NCBI GenBank assembly: GCA_963825865.1
Contig: CAWGVG010000003.1
Coordinates: 1 to 64,000 of the forward strand
Direction: 5' to 3'
Length of the DNA: 64,000 bases
Source: an uncultured Nitrososphaeraceae archaeon
GTDB lineage: Archaea; Thermoproteota; Nitrososphaeria; Nitrososphaerales; Nitrososphaeraceae
Each line of letters starts with the position of its first letter. Positions within the stretch are counted from its first letter, which is position 1. A model generated the notes under the pieces. The model did no database searches. It was not told where the DNA came from and saw nothing but the letters and a program-made list of their open reading frames with translations. Shown piece by piece: positions 55,101 to 64,000 of this stretch. The position numbers and the translations under genes were made by a program.

Positions 55101-55846
55101 ATGACGCCAAGATAACATTTGAACAGTTTAAAAAGATTGCAGATGAAAATGGAGAGAAAATCTGCACACAATATTTTAAATTGGGCTATTGATACTTATG
55201 GATTAAGGATCGGCCTGGCATCAAGTTTTGGGGCTGAAGATTTTGTTCTTATCGATATGATGGCAAATATCAATAAGGAAAAAACCAAGGTTTTCACCTT
55301 GGATACAGGACGCCTCAATCAAGAAACATATAATGTAATGGACGAAATCCGAAGAAAATATGGAATCCAGATTATAGTGTATTTTCCGGAACAAACTGAG
55401 GTTGAACAGATGGTTCGAATAAAAGGTATGAATTTGATGTATGAAAGCGTTGAAAACAGAAAACTTTGTTGCGATATCAGAAAAGTACACCCTCTAAATA
55501 GAGCACTAGATAATCTTGATGGCTGGATTACTGGATTGAGAAGAGAACAGACAACAATGAGGTCTGATATCAAAAAAATTGAGATTGATTATCCGCATGG
55601 CAACATTCTCAAAGTCAATCCATTGGCAGACTGGACTCATGAAATGGTCTGGGACTATATTCATAAAAATAGTGTGCCGTATAATAAGTTACATGACATT
55701 GGATATCCCAGTATTGGTTGCGAGCCATGTACAAGAGCAGTTCATCCTAAAGAGGACCCCAGGTCAGGAAGATGGTGGTGGGAAAATGAGCACATAAGGA
55801 ATGCGGACTTCACTTGGGATCCAACCAAATAATACAAAAAAAGTAG
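55101..55846 (+). CDS. cysH: APS reductase (CysH, Fe-S type), frameshifts near both ends
   Basis: SSFGAED, LDTG, LCCDIRKV, WITGLRREQ, SIGCEPCT, RSGRWWWE and, after the frameshift, KECGLH. Confidence 0.93.
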
Positions 55847-55856
55847 GGTATATTTT

Positions 55857-57005
55857 TTGAGCGGAAGCGGCAGCATACCTATCCCACACGGAGGAAAGTT
55901 GATAAACAGATTTGCTACTACTAAGAGGAATATTGACGAAAGCTTTTCGATTGAAGTCTGTACCGATCTTCGAAATGACATTGAAAATATTGCTGATGGT
56001 ATCTTTAGCCCGATTGAAGGATTTGTAGGACAAGACGACTTTCAAGGTATTGTAAAATATGGTCGGCTAAAGAACGGTTTAGCATGGACTATACCTATAA
56101 TTTTAGATGTTGATGAGCTAACGGCAAGAAAGATGGAAGATGCCAGGGAAGTTGGTTTGAGAACTGGTAACGATTATTTTGGGGTTATTCATGTAGAAGA
56201 AGTATATTCGTTTGATAAACTTAGTGTGATAAAAGCAATCTATCAGACAGACGATCTAGAACATCCTGGAGTTAAAAAAATGGTAAGTATGAAAGATCGG
56301 CTTATTGGAGGCAAAATCGATGTTATAAAGAGAATTTCACAATCGCCATTAAGAAAACATAGAATGAATCCATTTGAAACGAGATCAGAGATACAGAGGA
56401 GAGGATGGAAAACTGTAGTAGGATTCCAAACAAGAAATGTTCCACACATTGTTCACGAAATGCTGCAAAAAGCTGCCTTGAATGTTTATGACGGATTGTT
56501 TATAAACCCATTGATTGGCAAAAAAAAGCCTGGTGATTTTAAGGATGAAGTAATCCTTAAGGCATACGATACACTTATAGAAAATTATTATCCGAAGAAC
56601 AGAGCCATGTTTGTAACTCTTCACACTGAAATGAGATATGCTGGACCTAAAGAGGCAATTCATCATGCTATTATGAGAAAGAATTTTGGTTGTTCTCACT
56701 TTATTGTTGGAAGAGATCATGCAGGAGTCGGAGACTATTATCGACCTTTTGCGTCCCATGAGATCTTTGAAGATTATCCTGATCTCGGTATTCAACCAGT
56801 ATTCTTTCCAGCATTTTATTACTGTAGAAGGTGTTTAAGCTATGCAAATGATAGAAACTGTCCACATGGTCCAGAATACAGAGAAGAGTTGAAGGGCACA
56901 AAGATAAGAAAAATGATTAGCTCAGGCGTAATCCCGGCAGAACACTTGATGAGACCAGAAATAGCAAAAGTAATTCTATCTTATCAAGACCCATTTGTTC
57001 TATGA
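55857..57005 (+). CDS. sat: Sulfate adenylyltransferase (ATP sulfurylase)
   Basis: PHGGKLI, FQTRNVPH..H, MRYAGPKEA..HA..RKNFGCSHFIVGRDHAG. Confidence 0.97.
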   Translation: MSGSGSIPIPHGGKLINRFATTKRNIDESFSIEVCTDLRNDIENIADGIFSPIEGFVGQDDFQGIVKYGRLKNGLAWTIPIILDVDELTARKMEDAREVGLRTGNDYFGVIHVEEVYSFDKLSVIKAIYQTDDLEHPGVKKMVSMKDRLIGGKIDVIKRISQSPLRKHRMNPFETRSEIQRRGWKTVVGFQTRNVPHIVHEMLQKAALNVYDGLFINPLIGKKKPGDFKDEVILKAYDTLIENYYPKNRAMFVTLHTEMRYAGPKEAIHHAIMRKNFGCSHFIVGRDHAGVGDYYRPFASHEIFEDYPDLGIQPVFFPAFYYCRRCLSYANDRNCPHGPEYREELKGTKIRKMISSGVIPAEHLMRPEIAKVILSYQDPFVL

Positions 57006-57354
57006 GATTGGATTTATGTCTAATCAATCGATTTCTTTTATGCTTAAATTTTCGAGATGATAGAAAAATTTGTCTTTTGTTGTATTTACTATGCGTAGTC
57101 ATAAACCATTCCAAGTCTGTGCAGTTGCTAAACCAAGCAACTCTAGAACGTACTAACTATCACAATCGTCAGAAATTGAAAAAGGCAAATATTACTATCA
57201 TTATTCTATTAATACCAGCTACTTTTCAAGTTGGCAAAAGCGATCGTAATCTCTTTTAAAGAATACTGGAATAACACAGATTTAAAGGCCGACCCACCAT
57301 AACCATCTTCAGTAGTATATTAATTAATATATCAAATTATCGAGTCTATTTCTC

Positions 57355-58083
57355 GTGAGCAATAATATGTTGCAGTCCGTTTTGATAATAGTTATGATAT
57401 TCATTCCAGTAACAACCTTTGGTCAAATCCAACCACTAAATCCTCTACAAAGAGAATACCACGTAATCAAGACAAAAAACAGCGAGCAATTCGATTTACC
57501 ATTCATAGCGTCAAATAATGATAGAATCCATCCATTTGTTTATTTTTATGACAAACCAAAAGTTACAAACTGGATTTTGACAATACAGAATAATATATCA
57601 TATGCTATGGGAAAAGATGCAAAGACTATTGTAAAATTGCAGGAACCTGCACCAAGCGAAAAATTCATTGAAATTGCAATGTTCGGTGATGCTTCCAAAA
57701 AATTCTGGGCAGCCGTAAATACACATGATTCAGGATATATCAGGATCTATGAACGAGATATTGATGGTTGGTCCAGAGACCAGCCAATAATTGTGGCGCA
57801 CGCAAGTAATCAGGGTCTTACTATTACAAATGGAAAAAGAATCATCGTTGATAGATTATCTATAAATGGATTCACTATTGGTTCGATTGCAGTTTACGGT
57901 AAGGATGATCCAATATCTCCTATTAACACATATGCAGGTAACATATCATTTGATGTGGTTTATGGCGATCCTGCCAATTCTCCAATTTATTATTTACCTC
58001 TGGGCATGTTAGTTGGAGTTGGTGGGGTTGTTATCGGATTGCTTGTATTCAAGAGGAGGAAGAAGTCTTCTCAGGAAGAGTAA
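57355..58083 (+). CDS. Exported protein with C-terminal membrane anchor
   Basis: Signal peptide, beta-rich body, and a C-terminal TM helix followed by KRRKK. Confidence 0.75.
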   Translation: MSNNMLQSVLIIVMIFIPVTTFGQIQPLNPLQREYHVIKTKNSEQFDLPFIASNNDRIHPFVYFYDKPKVTNWILTIQNNISYAMGKDAKTIVKLQEPAPSEKFIEIAMFGDASKKFWAAVNTHDSGYIRIYERDIDGWSRDQPIIVAHASNQGLTITNGKRIIVDRLSINGFTIGSIAVYGKDDPISPINTYAGNISFDVVYGDPANSPIYYLPLGMLVGVGGVVIGLLVFKRRKKSSQEE

Positions 58084-58741
58084 TCGTAGTGTGATAAAAT
58101 TTGCATATTTTCTTTAATTCACATAATTTGCAATTTGGCTTTATGGGCAGACAGATGTTCTGCCCGTACACCACGAAAGTTTGGTTCACTTCAGGCCAGT
58201 ATTTTTTACTGATAATGCGACTAAGCTCAATTTCAGTCTTTTCAGGGGTTTTAGTGTTAACAAGTCCTAGCCTATTTGAGATTCTATGAACATGAATATC
58301 AACTGGAATTGCAGGTTTATTAAAACCATATACTAAAACACAATTTGCTGTCTTCCTTCCCACTCCAGGTAACTCTAAGAGTCCGTCAATATCGTCAGGA
58401 ACTTCTCCATTAAATTTTTCAACTATTAATTGTGAAACTTCTTTTATCCTCCTAGCTTTGACATTGTAAAAACCAGTACTGTGAATTATCGTTTTAATAT
58501 CATCTACATCTACTACAGCTAGTTCCTTGGCATTCTTGAATCTTCTAAATAAGCTATTCACGACCTTTGTGGTTTTTTCATCCCTTGTACGACTAGACAG
58601 TATAGTTCCAATAAGTATTTTGAATGGATCACCTTGCTCCTCCATTTGTAATCCTCTGAGGGCAGTAATTCGTGGCAACTTCTCATGATCGAGAACTTGC
58701 TTCATTTTCTTAATTACTTTGCCCACAGAATTCATGGTCAA
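58049..58741 (-). CDS. nth: Endonuclease III
   Basis: HhH LPGVGRKTAN, PVDIHVHR and Fe-S motif CLPIKPNCKLCELKKIC. Confidence 0.95.
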   Translation of the reverse strand: MTMNSVGKVIKKMKQVLDHEKLPRITALRGLQMEEQGDPFKILIGTILSSRTRDEKTTKVVNSLFRRFKNAKELAVVDVDDIKTIIHSTGFYNVKARRIKEVSQLIVEKFNGEVPDDIDGLLELPGVGRKTANCVLVYGFNKPAIPVDIHVHRISNRLGLVNTKTPEKTEIELSRIISKKYWPEVNQTFVVYGQNICLPIKPNCKLCELKKICKFYHTTITLPEKTSSSS

Positions 58742-58928
58742 TCAAATAAAGGCTCAGAACAAATATAATTTTCTATAATAAAGATGACAAAGTTAATCAT
58801 ATCTTTGACACATCAAAAATTAGATTGTAACTTCATCTATCTTCTATTTGTCAGATTCTGCAAAGCTGCAAATTCATCATGTCAAATAAAAGTGTGTGTG
58901 AAGAATAATTAAAAGATGTTGGTTATTT

Positions 58929-59660
58929 TTATTGGCGTTTCTTCAATCTCCCTCGTCCTGTCTTTCTTGGCGAAATATTTCCAACCTTACGTCCTGGCGG
59001 AGTAGTTCTACCAACTGAGGATTGCCGACCAATATGCTGATGTCTTCCGCCACCATGTGGATGATAGACTGCAGCCTGTGCAATACCTCTGACAGTTGGA
59101 TAAAGTCTTCCATGTGCCTGCATATATTTGGCTCTGTTACCTGCCTTTAGAAACGGTTTGTCCTTTCTGCCTGCACCAGCAATTACTCCAATCATTGCCC
59201 TACATCTTGGATTGACTATGAGAAACTTGCCAGACGGGAACTTTATAGTTACTCCTTGAGTGCCATGCGCAAAAACCTGAGCAGAAGAACCTGCAGACTT
59301 AATTAATTTGCCACCGTCACCAGGGTTCTTTTCAATGTTGCAAATTAGAGTTCCGTCTGGAATTGACTCTAATAATAAAATATTTCTCCTAGTTGCTGTT
59401 GCTCTAACACCTACTTCAACATTGCTCCCTACACTAGTACCCTCGGGTGCTGGAAAGTAGCAAAATATGTCATCATCAAAGCGAACCTTCGCTAATGGAG
59501 CATCTCTTCCACGTTCATGAACAATATCAACAACTGTACCAGAATGATGTTCGTCTAATTTGAAATTAGGGTACTTCGCTGGTGCAATCTTTCCTACTGT
59601 TATCGCCCTGAATTGCTTACCTCCTCTACCCCTCCTACGGACTAACGTTCGCTTACCCAA
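58929..59660 (-). CDS. rpl2: 50S ribosomal protein uL2 (archaeal)
   Basis: MGKR..RRGRG, HERGRDAP, HPHGGG and PPGRKVG. Confidence 0.97.
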   Translation of the reverse strand: MGKRTLVRRRGRGGKQFRAITVGKIAPAKYPNFKLDEHHSGTVVDIVHERGRDAPLAKVRFDDDIFCYFPAPEGTSVGSNVEVGVRATATRRNILLLESIPDGTLICNIEKNPGDGGKLIKSAGSSAQVFAHGTQGVTIKFPSGKFLIVNPRCRAMIGVIAGAGRKDKPFLKAGNRAKYMQAHGRLYPTVRGIAQAAVYHPHGGGRHQHIGRQSSVGRTTPPGRKVGNISPRKTGRGRLKKRQ

Positions 59661-59937
59661 ACCTATTCAAAGTAAATGAGCTCATTAGGTGATTTTAAGT
59701 TTGTGTTAAAACAAAATGAGGAGTATATTAATAATAGATTAGAACGATAGTACCATCTATTGTTACATCAGCCTGTATTGTACATTAAAACCATGGCTTA
59801 TTATTATTATTACTGAATATATATCATCAAATATTATATGGCACCTGCAAGAGCATAGTTTTTTATTATTAGAGACAAAATACGTTAAGTAACAAGATAC
59901 TACGCTGATCCAAGCGAAAGGTAATAAAGGTATAAAG

Positions 59938-62134
<2,197 letters not shown>

Positions 62135-62640
62135 ATAAAAACAATCAACAAATGTATCCTTTCCGTTTGTTCATTGTTTTTCCTTTTCATTTTAAGAGTC
62201 AAGTGATATTTTATTTATTTTTGCTCTGTATCTTTCTTCTGAGTATTATCAATATATTTAAAACATAGAATATTCAGCAAGTGTCGCTCTAGAAGTTTAA
62301 ATAACATACAAAATATCATTAAAATATTTCTCGACTATTAGTGTAGAAGTAATAATCGTCAATCCAAAAATAATACGAAATATGTGCAAGCCTTAATCTT
62401 AGTATCATCATCATGTAATGACAGAATACATGGGACGCATATTAGTTATGGTCGTGTTATTCATATTTCTTCAGACATGATAAAATCCCCTTTGGTTTGT
62501 TGATAATATAGGAAGATGCATATTCTTTTAGTATGCTCTGTCTATAATGAGTTAAAAGTTTTGATAGAATTGTAATTCACTGTGGTTTTTATGGTAAAGT
62601 TTTTAAGTTATATGTTTTAGAGATAAATAACAAAAAGGAA

Positions 62641-63990
62641 TTGGTGGAAAATTCTCAAGTTCAACTGGTGGCAAGTCAGAATCTAACGGCACCAGCGTTA
62701 AATCGTTTTGCAAAACCAAGTGACATAGCCAAATTGGTTACACAATATGGTACCCCGCTTTATTTAATTGATGAAGACACGTTGCACTCAAAAGTAAAGG
62801 AATTACACAACGCATATACGAAATTCACTGGTCCTGTAAAGATCGCATACTCGATTAAGGCGAACTTTAGCCCGGCAATTTTACGTGCTTTTATGAAGGA
62901 CGGAATAACATTTGATTTGACATCGATCGGTGAACTTCATTTTATAAAACACTGCAATGGAGATCCTGAAAACATCATATATACAAGCGTTACAGAGGAA
63001 CCAGAAGAATATCTTGAAGTATTACAGAATGGAGTAAGAAGGGTCGTTATCAGTTCATTTAATGGGATGACAAACTTGGCCAAAGCAGCTAACAAAATAG
63101 GTGTCAAACCCTTAACGATGATCAGAGTTAATCCAGAGGTAGGAGTTAAGGCTGAAATTCGTGCATCATATAGAAACGGTAAATTTGGAGTTCCATTTAA
63201 CGGAGGGACTATTGATAGCGCGACAAAAATAGTCAAGCACTTGATGGATAATGATTTACTTAAATTCGAAGGTTTCCACTTCCATCTGGGCTCACAGATT
63301 ACAGATTTTTCATGCTATACACACGCACTCGACAAAATGGATACATTTATGACAAAAATGAAGAAGGAATATCCAAACTTCCAGGTTAATTCTTTTGATA
63401 TAGGAGGTGGAACACCAGTATTCTATAATGAGCCAGTACCAACGCCTACGCAGATGGCTGAAAACCATGTGTGTAAGTTGAACCAGCTTGCAGAATCCCA
63501 CGGTAAATTTGCATTGACAATTGAGAGCGGTAGATTTCTTGTAGCCGAATCAACAATCTTGATTTGTAGGATAGTGAATACAAAGGAATATAATGATCAC
63601 AAAATTGTCATATTGGATGCAGGCTACCATTTGTTGTTAGACGCTGCACTTTTAAAACAAGAGTATCCTCAGGAGGTAGTTGCTATACCCGACAATAAAA
63701 AGAAGATAACACGTCTAGGGACTCCAAAAAACATCCATCTAGCAGGTCGTCTGTGTGATACATACGATTTATTTCCCCTCTCGAAGGCATCGAGTCTTAA
63801 TGACGCAAATATAGGAAGATATGTATGCTTCTATAATGTAGGAGCATACTCTATCGTATTCAACATGCCTTTTCACTGCCAAACCAAACCACCTGTCGTC
63901 ATGAAGGCTAGCAATGGTGAGTTTAAACTGGTTAGAAAAGGCACATCTTATGAACAACTTATTCTAGAAGAAGGTGGAAACATAGGGTAA
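62641..63990 (+). CDS. lysA: Diaminopimelate decarboxylase (fold-type III PLP decarboxylase)
   Basis: YGTPLY, AYSIKAN, KFG, HFHLGSQ, DIGGG, ESGR, GRLCDTYD and VGAYS. Confidence 0.85.
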   Translation: MVENSQVQLVASQNLTAPALNRFAKPSDIAKLVTQYGTPLYLIDEDTLHSKVKELHNAYTKFTGPVKIAYSIKANFSPAILRAFMKDGITFDLTSIGELHFIKHCNGDPENIIYTSVTEEPEEYLEVLQNGVRRVVISSFNGMTNLAKAANKIGVKPLTMIRVNPEVGVKAEIRASYRNGKFGVPFNGGTIDSATKIVKHLMDNDLLKFEGFHFHLGSQITDFSCYTHALDKMDTFMTKMKKEYPNFQVNSFDIGGGTPVFYNEPVPTPTQMAENHVCKLNQLAESHGKFALTIESGRFLVAESTILICRIVNTKEYNDHKIVILDAGYHLLLDAALLKQEYPQEVVAIPDNKKKITRLGTPKNIHLAGRLCDTYDLFPLSKASSLNDANIGRYVCFYNVGAYSIVFNMPFHCQTKPPVVMKASNGEFKLVRKGTSYEQLILEEGGNIG

Positions 63991-64000
63991 CAACCTTTTT

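Overview
AT-rich archaeal chromosome segment. The gene content and conserved hypothetical families point to a soil ammonia-oxidising archaeon (Nitrososphaeraceae); this is inferred, and no amo genes or rRNA are in the window. The right third is mostly core genes: pyrH, HD phosphohydrolase, tmk, HIT, SelD-like, cysH-sat, nth, rpl2, cdc48 and lysA. The left two thirds are accessory. They contain an NAD(P)-dependent formate dehydrogenase that runs through a T8 tract into a class III nucleotide cyclase (probable fusion), a complete glycine-cleavage plus lipoylation cluster (lipA / gcvT-H-PA-PB-lplB-lplA-lpdA), and a GC-rich seven-repeat beta-propeller lectin-like gene. Also present are three full IS5-family elements, NnrS/DoxX membrane genes, an orphan DNA methyltransferase, several small Zn-finger proteins, and many fragments of toxin, viral and IS origin. 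Many genes, including essential ones, carry single-base frameshifts typical of an unpolished long-read assembly. About ten of these fall on GCWGC, which probably reveals a native methylation motif. All family assignments come from motif recognition by eye; no database search was run.
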